Shown one piece after another: positions 39,173 through 51,932 of a stretch of 64,000 bases of DNA. Each line of letters opens with the position of its first letter. Within the stretch, counting starts at the first letter, position 1. Under the pieces are notes generated by a model. The model was not told the origin of the DNA. It made no database searches and saw only the letters and a list, made by a program, of their open reading frames with translations. The stretch is taken from assembly GCA_951406725.2 (NCBI GenBank), contig OX597822.1, forward strand, positions 60,822,001 to 60,886,000, given 5' to 3'. The stretch is from Octopus vulgaris. Lineage: Eukaryota. The position numbers and the translations under genes are program-made.

Positions 39173-39777
39173 ATACCATACTTTTGCTCCTTTTCTCCCA
39201 CAAATTCTGGGTTTCTATCAGTGTTCTATCTCCTGGGTGATGTTGCCTTGAATATACATATCTACCTCAGAGTATTGATTATCTCTATTACGCTCCTCCT
39301 CTCACAGTCCTATCACTATCATTCATGTCTCTCAATCTGTAAAGATATCAACAAGCAAGCAGAGATATAGGGTCATGAAGTACTTTTAGTCATACTAAGG
39401 TCATGATTATCTCTCTAGTGCTGATACCATAAAAAAAAAATACACCCAGGGCACTCTGTCAAGTGTAAAGTTGTGCAGATCTTACTAAATAAATGACACC
39501 TCTCTAGTGCTGGTGCCATGAAAAAGTATCCAGTAGACTCAGTAAAGTGGTTGGTATTTGGAACGGCATCCAGTCATAGTAACCAAACCAAAAATGAAAC
39601 AGGAGATGCAGTCCTCTGGCTAAGCAAGAACTTCTGAGTATGCAGACTTCAACCATACCAAACTGTCCAATTCATGCCAGTATTGGGAGTGAATGTCAAA
39701 TGGTGATGATTCACCATGACAAATTTTCTCCAATGTTTACTTGGTGGACTATAAGTTTAGATTTGTAAGAAGGTTTT

Positions 39778-41685
39778 TCACATTTCACATTTAAAAGGTT
39801 TACCTCTAGTGTGTAATTGTTCATGTTTTCTTAAGTGACTGTTACTGGCAAATGATTTCCTACACGTCCCACAATGATAAGGTTTTTCTCCAGTATGGCT
39901 ACGTTTATGTATGACAAGACTATAATTCACTGTGAACGATTTACCACATATTTCGCAGCGGAATGGGTCTTCGCCATTGTGTCTACGTTTGTGGATTGTA
40001 AACTTGGAATTTTCATTGAAAGATTTCCCACACATTTCACAGTGGAACAGGCTTTCTCCAGTATGTGTTAGTTTGTGTTTTGTTAAATAACAGTTAAAGA
40101 CAAAAGATTTTCCACAAATATCACAACGATAAGGTTGTTCACCGGTGTGCATTCGCCTGTGAATAACTAAATGAGAATTACTGATAAATGATCTCTCACA
40201 TAACACACAATAATAAGGTTTTTCCCCAGTATGTGTTCTTTTGTGAACCTCAAGACAAGAATTATTAATGAATGATTTACCGCATATTTTGCAATCACAG
40301 GGTTTTTCCCCTGTATGTATTCTTCTGTGCGTTTTTAGGACACTGCTCAACCTGAATGATTTCCCGCATATCTGACAACGATATGGTTTTTCTCCTGTGT
40401 GACTACGCTTATGGATAACAAGCTTTGAATTATTAATGAAAGATTTGTCACAAATTTCACAGTGAAATCGGTTTTCCCAGGAGTGTATTTTTTGGTGCGT
40501 TTTTAAACCAACGTTGGAGGCAAATGATTTCTTACATATTTCACAACGGAAGGGTTTTTCTCCGGTGTGACTACGTATGTGGATAACAAGGTTTGAATTA
40601 TTAATGAATGATTTTCCGCATATTTTGCAGTCATAGGGTTTTTCCCCTGTATGTATCCTTCTGTGTGTTTTTAAGACACTGTTTAACATAAAAGATTTTC
40701 CGCATATTTCACAACGGTAGGGCTTTTCCCCAGTGTGACTACGTACGTGAACAACAAGACTTGAACTATCACAGAAAGATATGCCACAAATTCCACAGTG
40801 ACAGGGTTTTTCTCCAGTGTGATGTCGTTGGTGAATAACAAGACTGGAATTATTAGAGAAGGACTTTCCACATATCCCACAGTGACAGGGTTTTTCTCCA
40901 GTGTGACTACGTTGGTGAATAACAAGACTCGAATTCTGAGTGAAAGATTTTCCGCATATTTCACAGCGATAGGGTTTTTCGCCCGTATGTATCCTACTAT
41001 GACTTGTTAAATAACTGTTATTGACAAAAGACTTCCCGCATATCTCACAGCAATACGGTTTTTCTCCAGTATGTTTACGTAGGTGAATTGTAAGCTTAGA
41101 ATTCTCTGTAAAGGAAATCCCACATATTTTACATTTAAACGGTTTTTCTCCACTGTGTATTCGTTTGTGTGTCGTTAAATAACTGTTGGTGATGTAAGAC
41201 TTTCCACATATTTCACAGGTATAGGGCTTTTCTCCAGTATGACAACGTTTATGAACTACGAGATTAGAATTAACAGAGAAGGATTTCCCGCATATTTCGC
41301 AGCGAAAAGGCTTCTCGCCAGTATGCACTCTTTTGTGAGTTGTTAAATTACTCTTAGAATCAGAAGTTTTTCCGCATATTTCACAACGAAACGATTTTTC
41401 TCCAGCGTGTATTTTTTTGTGGGTTTTTAAATTACTTTTAGAGACAAAACATTTTCCACATAATTCACAACTATACGGTTTTTCCCCAGTGTGTACTCTC
41501 TGATGCCTTGCTAAATTACATTTATAAACAAAATATTTTCCACAGACTTCGCAGTAGGAAGGAGATTTTCTATTGTGTGTTTTTTTATGTGCAACAACTT
41601 CGTGGTCTGAAGAGAAACTTTTTCTACAAATCTCACAACAATATTCAGGAATATTTTCATGTAATGATTTTTCATTAGTAAACAT
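39778..41685 (-). CDS. C2H2 zinc-finger protein, 22 tandem fingers (ZNF-B)
   Basis: 635-aa ORF = 14 + 22x28 + 5 aa. The frame stays open for 39 codons upstream of the ATG, so an upstream exon is possible. Confidence 0.95.
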   Translation of the reverse strand: MFTNEKSLHENIPEYCCEICRKSFSSDHEVVAHKKTHNRKSPSYCEVCGKYFVYKCNLARHQRVHTGEKPYSCELCGKCFVSKSNLKTHKKIHAGEKSFRCEICGKTSDSKSNLTTHKRVHTGEKPFRCEICGKSFSVNSNLVVHKRCHTGEKPYTCEICGKSYITNSYLTTHKRIHSGEKPFKCKICGISFTENSKLTIHLRKHTGEKPYCCEICGKSFVNNSYLTSHSRIHTGEKPYRCEICGKSFTQNSSLVIHQRSHTGEKPCHCGICGKSFSNNSSLVIHQRHHTGEKPCHCGICGISFCDSSSLVVHVRSHTGEKPYRCEICGKSFMLNSVLKTHRRIHTGEKPYDCKICGKSFINNSNLVIHIRSHTGEKPFRCEICKKSFASNVGLKTHQKIHSWENRFHCEICDKSFINNSKLVIHKRSHTGEKPYRCQICGKSFRLSSVLKTHRRIHTGEKPCDCKICGKSFINNSCLEVHKRTHTGEKPYYCVLCERSFISNSHLVIHRRMHTGEQPYRCDICGKSFVFNCYLTKHKLTHTGESLFHCEMCGKSFNENSKFTIHKRRHNGEDPFRCEICGKSFTVNYSLVIHKRSHTGEKPYHCGTCRKSFASNSHLRKHEQLHTRGKPFKCEM

Positions 41686-42562
41686 TTCACTACTTAAAGG
41701 CTTATCACCATTGTATATCTGTGTGAATGAACCTATATTGCTAATATATTGCGTTGAAGTTATTAACGTCTCCCTTATAAAGTTTCGATGAATTCTTACA
41801 AGTTATGAAATCCCTGTAACTATAGACTAGTATTGTTTTGTTGTTTTTTGGCTTACGTATCGTGGGATTGTGTTTACATAATATAATTAGATTAATTATA
41901 ATACTATGTGATAAAGTTAGTTACTAATACTAATACAATTAAATAACTTGAACTTACAAAGATAACATATAGGCGGTGTCATTGAAAATATCACCCTGCC
42001 TAAATGATACCGGTGACATACGTTCAAGGTCCCAAACGTTATTTTGTATTTTCAGAAATAATCTTGTCTCGGTAGAGTCGTTATGACACAACAAAATTTT
42101 TTTCAATACACGAATTCACATAAAGAATCTTGCAAACCAGATACAAATATGAAGCAGAAATAATCTGTTACACCAATTGCTTCCTTAAATTATAACCTAC
42201 TAGAAATCGGAGACAAATCTCTCCAAATTAAAGGCGCTCTGGGTACCTATCAGCTTACTTGAAATTTTATAGACGTTTGCCTCGCCTCGCAGGTCTGGAT
42301 GGGTGTGTAGATACTCGTTTTTCTTATTAAGAGAAGGATAATTTTGACAGTATACCCCATTATATATAACCATATCGGTTAATGTTTACATCTTGATGGA
42401 TACACACATACACACACGTGCGCGCGCGTAAGTCGTCTAACATTCCATAAGCCAGGAAAAAGATGCCCTCGTATATCTGTCAATAGAGTGGGTATATTAT
42501 CCGAAGAGTACTATTATATATCCGTGATGGATATATAATACTGTACCTTTCGGATAATATAT

Positions 42563-42770
42563 CATCATCATCGTTTAACATCCGTTCTCCATGCTAGCAT
42601 GGGTTGGACGGTTCGACCGGGGATCTGGGAAGCCAGGAGGCTGCACCAGGCTCCAGTCTGATCTGGCATTGTTTCTACAGCTGGATGCCCTTCCTAACGC
42701 CAACCACTCCGTGAGTGTAGTGGGTGCTTTTTACGTGCCACCGGCACAGAAACCAGTCAAGGCGGCGCTA
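42563..42770 (-). mobile_element. RTE-tail type SINE/LINE 3' end with (ATG)n tail
   Basis: catcatcatcgtttaacatccgttctccatgctagcatgggttggacgg; the same family appears at ~12440, 16855, 29460, 32040, 39415-39710 (+) and 54430. Confidence 0.7.
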
Positions 42771-44594
42771 GCATATATATATATATATATCCTTATGTTA
42801 CACACACATACATATGTTTACCTGTTTTAGTCGAACGAATCGACCCCATTAGTTATTTTTTATTAAACCTGGTACTTATACTTGCAGATCTACATGTAAA
42901 CAAACCAACACCGGTTATGAATCAGTGGTCTCACTCACACACACACACACACGTACGTCCTTACCAAATTTGCCCACAAGGCATTAGCTGGCCCAGGGCT
43001 ATAGTAGAAGACTCTTGCCCAATGGGCCGGTGTCACGCAATGGGATTGAACCCAGAACCATGTGGGTGGGGAGCAAACCTTTTACCGCGCAGCCACTCTT
43101 GCACTATACATGAAATTAGATAAATGACAAAAGAAAAAAAAAGTATGTTATGAACTTCATTACAACTGTTTCTGCTGTAAGATGCAATGCACTCATAACT
43201 GAATGCTTGTGCATCATGTTATAACGGATAGCTATTATGCTGAATGTCAGTAGTGTGTGAGACTGTGTGATGAAAGAAGAAAATGTAAGTCTTCAAGTTC
43301 GGTGAAGTGGCCTTTTAACACGAAGTCGAAGTGGAATGACTGCCAGCGGATCAAGATAATCTTTACGAGTTTTCTGGTACCTGTCTTCTCTACCTTGTAT
43401 TTCTAACGATTCTCAATTTATAAGCATGATTTGACGCGAAACTGCATAGAATTTTCGATTAGTGTTGCTGCTACACAAGTGGACCAGAATATATTTCTTT
43501 ATTCACCTATAAAAAGGTTTACATAGAGGGGACGTTATAAGGACAGACAAGGGACATGTAGGGTACAAACACGCTTCTTATATACAAGATGAAAAGACAG
43601 ATGGATTTACATATATTATACAGATGGAAGTTAAAAATATACGTGATGATTGGATGGAAATTGGGTTCCAGGTTAGTGAATTAACCCGCCGGCTTGTTAT
43701 CCCTTTTGGTAATCTTTTTCCTGTCTTTTATGCCTCGACCGACGGTGCAAGCACAGCCTTGTGCATTCTCATCACAAGTGGACCAGAATTACAATTGACC
43801 AAAATACTGGCCAAGCCTTCGTTTGTTACAGAACTGATAAGCTTTCGAATGCTTAGCACTGCTGCATATAGATAAAACATACTACTGATGGTGCAATGGG
43901 AACTATCAACACCTTGGCTTCTTGCTGTCCCCTCACCATCACAAGTAACTGCGGCTACACTGTAGATTTAACCTATATACATAAATTTTTAATAAATAAG
44001 TAATAAATAACAAAAAAAAAAGTTGGGTTTTCCCTATATGCGTCTCCCCTGCATAATTTTTCTTGACTTTTTATGCTCTCTGCATTATATGTCAGACTCG
44101 CTAACGCATTGGGCAAAAAAGCTGCTGTATTTAGTTGGCGCTCTTCACGTTCTGTGTTCAGTCTTATCCAGGTCAGCTTTACTTTCAGAACTGTATGACT
44201 GTTACTACTTATCTGATAAAACGACACTTCATTCTAGAAAAGACTACTTCAGCAAAGCCTAGAATCGAAACCTTAGAGCTTTAATATCTAAGATCAGACA
44301 ACACGTAGATCAGGTGACGTGCCTTGAGTACCAACTAATCAACCTGCAGATATATCACCCATATTATAGAATGTTCTATCATGTTTCAGAAGTTTCCGCA
44401 TAAAAAGAAGCGGGGGTAACAACTTCAGAGAGGCATATATAGGATGCACAGACAAGCCCTGAAAACAGATAAGTTTTCTTGGTTCCAGCTTAATCCCGGA
44501 TTAAAGGAATCGTCGACTATCCTTCAAATATCGTGGAAGTTTTTCTCGCTGTTTTGGTTTTTACCAAACCAAATGGATGTCCCTAATAAGTTCA

Positions 44595-45350
44595 GTGGTA
44601 TTCTCGGACTAGTTCTGAAGCGCGCCAACAGATGGCAGCACACGGTTGTGTGTGTAGTGAGAGCTAGCAGTGACCTTCATGAGGCAGTGTGCCGAGTGAC
44701 ATCGCTGTTTACTTTGCAAGTTGTGACATTTGTGTTTTTGTGATCACATGTATGCTGTACTCTGCGATTTTTGTCATGGACAGGAAGTTGGAACAAAGAG
44801 CCAACGTGAAATTTTGCGTTAAACTTGGGAAGTCTGCTACAGAGATAGTGAGCATACTTCGACAAGCTTACAGAGATGAGACAATGGGGTCGTACGTAAT
44901 GTTTCGAGTGGAACGGGCCCTTCAAAAGTAGAAGAACGTCCCTGGAAGACAATGAGCGATCTAGATGACCAGCTATGAATGTCACCACCAGAAATGTGGA
45001 GATAATTCACCGGCATGAGAACCGTCGGAGGTCAATCAACGATATTTTGAAGAGTTTGAAGGAGGACATTTGGCGAAAGCGACCGAATCTGCGGAGTGCG
45101 AAAAATTGGATTCTTTGTTACGATAATGCACCCTGTCATCGAGCTCTTCTCACTAGTGAATTTCTCTCCAAAAACAACATGGTATCGCTTCTGCACCCGT
45201 CCTATTCGCCAGATTTGGCATCTGCGGACTTCCATCTCTTTCCCCAAGATGAAAATGCCACCGTTTTAATACCGTCGACGAGATCAAGACCGAATCGCAG
45301 AATCGCTTACGGAAAACGACTTTCAGACCAGATTCCAAAAGTGAAGAAAT
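44595..45350 (+). mobile_element. Mariner transposon fossil, internally deleted
   Basis: N-terminal MDRKLEQRANVKFCVKLGKSATE (HTH), DNAPCH and YSPDLASADFHLFP catalytic motifs; frameshifts; most of the central catalytic region is absent. Confidence 0.92.
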
Positions 45351-45427
45351 ACTTAGTAGTTCATGCTGTCTTTCTCATTTATATCATACTCCATAAAGAT
45401 TTTAATATTCATATTTCTATAATCGCT

Positions 45428-46060
45428 TTGTTGCCTCATAACTTCCAGAAAAATAGATGGTGCAGATTCTGAATATATTGGAATATGCAGGGGATGGAAA
45501 AATAAGTTTTTCGACGGTGGGGGTGAGAAGTTTCAGGAAATTCACACGAGACAGCTTTTTTAACTCATAACTTTCAGAAAATGGGTAATTTTTTAATGAA
45601 ATTTTCGAAAAATACCTTTCAGAGTGTGTCGATTACGATTATATCAGAATTTGATATGAAAAACTAAATCTGGTGGGCTCGTAAACATACATATTGACAC
45701 TTGATATATATATATATATATACAAAATGAAATTTGAAATTTCGAAAAAAAAAATTGTGATGTGTGTCAGTATGTGTTTATGTGCTCACAATTTTCTTTT
45801 CACATAAAATTATATAATAATTTACACATCTGGAAAAGTATTTGTAGAAAATTTCATTAAAAAAATATTCCTTTTTCTGAAAGTTAGGAGGAAACAAAGC
45901 CGAGCTGGGTGAATTTTCTGAAACTCTTTTCCCACCTATAGAAAAAAAAAATTCTCAACAAATTTCAATATAATCAGAATCGGCACCATCTGAAGCGTAT
46001 TTGTAGAAAACTTCATTAAAATATAGTTATTTTTCTGGAAGTTATGAGGAAACAAATGAG
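45428..46060. repeat. Unclassified fold-back repeat
   Basis: cctcataacttccagaaaaa / tttttctggaagttatgagg inverted ends with repeated inner inverted units. Related sequence at 32935-33170. Confidence 0.55.
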
Positions 46061-46277
46061 TGGTGGGAGGGGCACATATCTGTAAGCATGCCGTATTTAT
46101 AATATTATTAACAACATTCGTTTGTTCTATTAATTAATTGAAAGAAATAAAAGAATATTTATAAAAGTGTTTTTAAAATTATGAATTGGGGTATAGAACT
46201 TCCAGTAAGTCAATGTTTTTCCTAGTAACTAATTTTATGTGAAAATGGAGAATGGATATACGACTAAATGTTTAGAC

Positions 46278-47420
46278 CAGGGATAGGGAACCTTTTTGTA
46301 CACGAAGGCCACCCTACAATTCATCACCTCTAATAGAAGCCGCATTGAACAAATTATTTTTCTTTTTTTAAGTTATTTTATCCCCTAAGTAATTTATTAG
46401 TAATTTGATAAAAGAAAGACAGGTGTGTAGAAATCGAAAGCATAACTTTTGAAATATTTTAAGTACTTTTATACAAATAATAAGTAGATGAATAATAATT
46501 GTATAAAAAAGACAGTTTATGAACAGCGACAATATAACATTTTCAAATATTTAATTTGGGCAAGTAAGCACTTTTTATACAAATTAATGACTTCTTTGAA
46601 TTTGATTTTTTTGAGAAAGCATTTTGATGTCAGACTCTAACATAGTGGTTCTTTGTTTCAGTTGGTCCTCCAAATGTTCATCTGTCAATTGAAGTTCTCA
46701 GTGAATTCTTTGATTTGCGACAATGCGTCAAGTACGAGAATGTGGATTCACAACAGTTGGCTGAAGAAAAGCAGGAAATTAGTCGGCGTGCATGTTCACG
46801 AAGACGAGGATATTCTACCGCATTTTTCCAAATTTCGATGGGATTTTCCATTTTGTCAAACAGCGCTTCAGGATATTATTTTCAGACATTTTAATAAGCT
46901 ACATTTGTAACTCTTTGGAAGCCTCTGATACATCAACTGAGTGAGAATGAAAAACAAGTTTCAGAGTGATGTTATGTTTTTCAAAAGATTCATAGACATC
47001 TTCATTTTTACTCAATACCTTTGTAAGCTGAGGAAAGTGTTCTTCTGAAAGTTTTAATTGAGTCAAAAGGAACTTGAAAAACGACAATTTTAAAGTTTTT
47101 TGCCACATATAAATACATTTATTTTTGCCTTGCAACGAAATGTTTAACTCATTTTGTTTTGACATCACATCACATAAAAATGCAACATCTCTGAAAAAAT
47201 TTGGATCTGATAAATGACAATGCTTGTTGTTTTCTTTGAAAAAGTCAATTATTTGCCTTCGTAAAGACAAAATTTTGATCAATATTTTCCCTTGCGACAA
47301 CCAGCGTACTTTTGGGTGATACAGTAAATCCTCATTAATTACTTCATCATCCATCATCAGCATGTTTCGAAATTGACAATGCTTTAGGGCTTTTGCTCGA
47401 ATATAGCTTACAATACTATA
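46278..47420 (-). mobile_element. hAT (Buster/Charlie-like) transposase fossil, 3' half with one TIR
   Basis: IVSYIRAKALKHCQF..DLLYHPKVRWLSQGKIL..VAFLCDV..LNISLQGK. TIR CAGGGATAGGGAAC at 46278, preceded by gtttagac (NNNTANNN). Confidence 0.88.
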
Positions 47421-47444
47421 GTGTTTGACCCTGTGGGGGAGAGG

Positions 47445-47885
47445 ACTCGATGTTTTAACGATGTGAATTTTCCGAGGCCTCTCTCCCACCCCCGTTCACG
47501 AGCGCGCATTTTTTTTTTTTTTTTTCATATTCGTTTTGAGCAAATTGTTTTACACCTATTACACTATTTTTCTTTTGTTTCTTGGCTCTGGTGAGGCGAC
47601 TCGGAACATTCACGATGTGAATTTTCCGAGGCCCCCCCCACACGTTCGCGAGCGCGCGTCTTTTTTTTTTCATATTCGTTTAGAGCAAGTTGTTTTAAAC
47701 ATATTACACAATTTTTTATTTGTTTTGGTGCCCGGGTCAGCTCCTCAGACGCTTTCGGAACTTCCCGATGTGAATTTTCCGAGGCCTCTCCCCCACCCCC
47801 CTTTCGCGTGCGCGAATTTTTTTTTTCATATTCGTTCATAGGAAGTTGTTTTACACCTATTACACACATTTTTTTTTTTTTCTGA
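47445..47885. repeat. Tandem repeat, ~3 units of 154 bp
   Basis: gatgtgaattttccgaggcc at 47460, 47614 and 47768. Confidence 0.9.
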
Positions 47886-48502
47886 TAATCGTAACGCCCT
47901 ATATTAACGCCCATTTCGAAGAGTAAACAACGGTTATTTATTTGAAAGTTTTCAGAAGAGAAATTTACGAATAGGAATGTATGCCTTTCCAGATAAGAGT
48001 TAAAAATATGCATTGACGTATAACATTCACACAGATAGCCAAGTTATTTTTCTACATTCCTCATTATTGTTGGTCTCATAGTAATTGACGATGCTTCGGT
48101 TAAAGATCTCGCAGGAATCAATTATTTATTATAAATACAGTATCAATAAAGCGACTGGAAGTATGCCCATATTCGTACTGTCTCTAGATTTAATGAAGCG
48201 TGAGATTGACATACAGGAAGTTTTATTGATCGTGTGTACAAAGAACTCACCTCTAATCATTGGAAAGTGCTACATAGTTTCCTGTTTAACCTTAGGTTAG
48301 TTTTGATACAAATTAAGAAGGAAAAAAACCGTTTGAAGGTAATTAATCTGTACTGTATGAGTAACAACAGGTAAACGAAAAATCCTTCTAAGAAGAAAAC
48401 AGAGTTGAATTGGATATATTTCACAAAGTTTGGAGATCGGTAAGGTCTTAGACCAGAATAGAGAATGGTCCGTTTGATTCATTGACTATATAACCTATTA
48501 TA

Positions 48503-48565
<63 letters not shown>

Positions 48566-49750
48566 AATGTAGTGATTATTTGTTATTCTATAAATATGTT
48601 GAGAAATAGAATTGCTTTGACTTGTAGTGTTCGAAAACAGTCCGTCACAGCAGGTATTTTGAAGATTCTTTAAAAAATGTTTAAAACTTCAGAAAATCCA
48701 TGACAGCGCTCGAAAACCATGTTAATCATAAGTTTGTTATACATAAGTGTGATTGATAAAGTGAGCGTTAGTTTTCTATGTTTGTTTCGATCTTGAAATC
48801 AAATGACTTGTGTTTTTTCTTTTTTGGTTTCTACCAAATCAGTAAATATTTTTTGATTATCGATGTACTACAAGCGAAAAGTTTTAAAACTATTGTTTAG
48901 ATATTAAATAATTCAGATACCGTCTGTATGAATCACTATAGTGTTAACATATTTATTAAATGAAGAAATGATTACAGTAGAATAAAGCATAGTTGCTTAC
49001 TACATTTAAAGATATTTCACTTTATTGTATTGCTCTTTAAACAAATTATTATGGATCATATACATTCACATTTGTTCAATAGAAATATGACGAAATTTAT
49101 GTAGTTTAATAACGTTGATCACAGTCCATTAGAACAAAAAATATTCCTCAAATATGGTTGTTATATATTTATGTGTTAAAAAGAAAAATTCTTTAAACTT
49201 CACATTATGTATATATAATTTTATTCCAATGAAAAAACTTTTTTCTACCAACTCTGTCAACATTATTTTAATCATCTCGAAAGTGATGCAATATAGCTGT
49301 GAAGAACCTTTTATGACCTGTAGTGTGTGTCTGTGACCTGCACTACAGTTTCCGTAGAAATAGATCTACCAAAGAAACATCATACACTTGTGGGCTTTCC
49401 GTAAAGTCTGGACTTAAAACTTCCTGGCGAGGACATTGATCCCGAACAGTGCGCATTAGGAAATGAGTTGATAAAGACATTCATTGTGTACCTGTTTAGC
49501 TAATTTCTTTTGAATAGATGTATTGAACTCTGCAAACTAACAAAACGCTTCTTATTTCAACGCAATTCTTTCTGAGTAGTACGTGTTTTACAAATCAATG
49601 AAATGTAATTACTGTAGTTATAGTATTTGATACGGAAGTACGTTCGTTGTTTTTAACACCTTTCTCTTTTAATCTCGGAGGTGAGAGTTAGTTCCCCTGA
49701 AAGTTTATTTTGGATTTTCATTACTACGTCCGCACACATCCATTAACACA

Positions 49751-49810
<60 letters not shown>

Positions 49811-51167
49811 ATATTTATATATATATACATACACACACACATGCGAAAAAACATTTGATTATACGGTGCAGTTTTCTATTCTATAAAACATCATCGCATA
49901 TGTTTACCGCTCTCCCCCACCGTAACACTTTATCACCTGACCAAAATCGACCAATGAAAATTCAATAATTCGATTTCCGCTCTCTCATTATTCAAAAAGT
50001 ACCTGTTTCGCCATTTTACTGTCTCTGGGAACCGAGAAGGTTGTTAATAATTATTATTTATTACATACGACTTACTTCTGCACAGTTTTTGTCTACCAAA
50101 TTCAATTCTCGAGGTATTTAGCTTTAATATTTGATCTTTACATCTACCTGTAACAGCTGCAATTGTAAGGTGATAAAGGATAGACGTCAAGTACTTTGCA
50201 CCAAATTCAACAGTCAGTACTTCCTGAAATATATTTTATTCGAGATACTTTTTGCTGATATTTCTTTCAATCGTCTTTTCTTCATTCGCGAATGTAATAT
50301 TTCTTTTTGTTTAATCTGTCGTAAAATGCGTAGCCTTACAACTTGCTTTTGATCATAGGGTTGATTTGGGTCTTAACATCCTAGCTCTTAAGAAGTCTCT
50401 ACATTATTATCATTCAACCTGCAAGAAATAGCAATCCAGTTTTTTTCAAATTGCATCTGAACGTCTTGAATATGTACGGACACATTAAATAATGTAGTCT
50501 TTGATATAAATTGTCTGAAAGGGCGGGATGGCCTTGGCAGGAATACCTTTTATCATACCTGTCAGAACTGACTTTGGTTACACAAAATCTAACGGATCAA
50601 CAACGACGAATGACATTTCTGGAGAAAATAGAACTTTACTGTCTACTATTCTGCAGTTTCGTATCATGTTTCACAATCCGAAGATGTAGCTTAAGCTTGT
50701 GTGATATAATTTCATAAATTAAGTTCAGTTGTTCTGGTAAATGTTTATATTTACAGTTTATCAATAGAGAAATATTTCCTTCGTTGAATCCTTATTTTTT
50801 TACGTATTCTGAATATTTTACACTGTTTCTGTACTTTTTCAGGAATATCAGATGATCTTTGCGAAAAGGAATTTCTAACTTCGGATATATCATCAATATT
50901 TTTCATCTTTTAAACACTAAAGAAAGATATGCGGAATCGATACAACCAGTTTATATAAATCTATGGTAGAGATTTACTGTGAAATATTTCCTGAGAGTGA
51001 GATTTGAAAAGATACAAGATCTTGAATTCTAATTAAATTCAAGCAGATATACAAAGGAGTTTGCAGCATCTTCAGATATTGACCAGGATTACAGTTAGTA
51101 GAAATATTTGCTCAGAAAATATAAAATTCAAGGAACATAATTCTCTTGTAGTGAGATAGGAAAAAAT

Positions 51168-51932
51168 ATGGAAAATGAATTACGTGAGAAAGCAGTTAAA
51201 CGTAAAATTGAGAATAAAAAGACTCTTTTTCCAAAAGTGATTCTAAAAGGAGTAGGAAAAGCATCATATCACTGCGATGTCTGTAACAAAACATTCTCTC
51301 TAAAAGGTAACCTCACTACTCACAAACGTATTCATACAGGAGAAAAACCATATCACTGTTCTATCTGTGGTAAATCATTCTCTCAAAGATCCAGCTTAAC
51401 TACTCATAGACGCATTCATACAGGAGAAAAACCGTATCACTGTGATATCTGTGATAAATCATTTTCTGTAATTGGTAACCTTACTACTCATATACGTAGT
51501 CATACAGGAGAGAAACCATATCACTGTGTTATCTGTGGTAAATCTTTCTCTGGAAGTAGTGATTTAACTATTCATAAACGCATTCATACTGGAGAGAAGC
51601 CATATCGCTGTTATGTCTGTGGTAAATCTTTTGCTGGAAATCGTGACTTAACTACTCACAAGCGTATTCACACAGGAGAAAAACCATATCACTGTGATAT
51701 CTGTGGTAACTTATTTACGCAAAGATCTAGTTTAAATACTCACTTACATATTCATTCAGGAGTAAAGCCATACCATTGTGATACATGTGGTAAATCATTC
51801 TCTGCACCAGGTAACTTAACTACTCATAAACGTACTCATACAGGAAACAAACCATTTAATTGTGATATCTGTGGGAGATCATTCTCTAGAAATAGTGACT
51901 TAACTACCCATATACGTATTCATACTGGGTAG
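51168..51932 (+). CDS. C2H2 zinc-finger protein, 8 tandem fingers (ZNF-C)
   Basis: 254-aa ORF: 33-aa leader MENELREKAVK...KAS plus 8 fingers. TTTTTCAG acceptor at 50842. Confidence 0.93.
   Translation: MENELREKAVKRKIENKKTLFPKVILKGVGKASYHCDVCNKTFSLKGNLTTHKRIHTGEKPYHCSICGKSFSQRSSLTTHRRIHTGEKPYHCDICDKSFSVIGNLTTHIRSHTGEKPYHCVICGKSFSGSSDLTIHKRIHTGEKPYRCYVCGKSFAGNRDLTTHKRIHTGEKPYHCDICGNLFTQRSSLNTHLHIHSGVKPYHCDTCGKSFSAPGNLTTHKRTHTGNKPFNCDICGRSFSRNSDLTTHIRIHTG

Noticed and set aside
39874-41791. Antisense and alternative-frame ORFs over ZNF-B
   Set aside because: By-products of the 84-bp finger periodicity.
46899-47489. 196-aa ORF as a domesticated hAT gene (GTF2IRD2/EPM2AIP1-like)
   Set aside because: Its N-terminus comes from the tandem repeat, the C-terminus has stops and frameshifts, and a TIR is retained.
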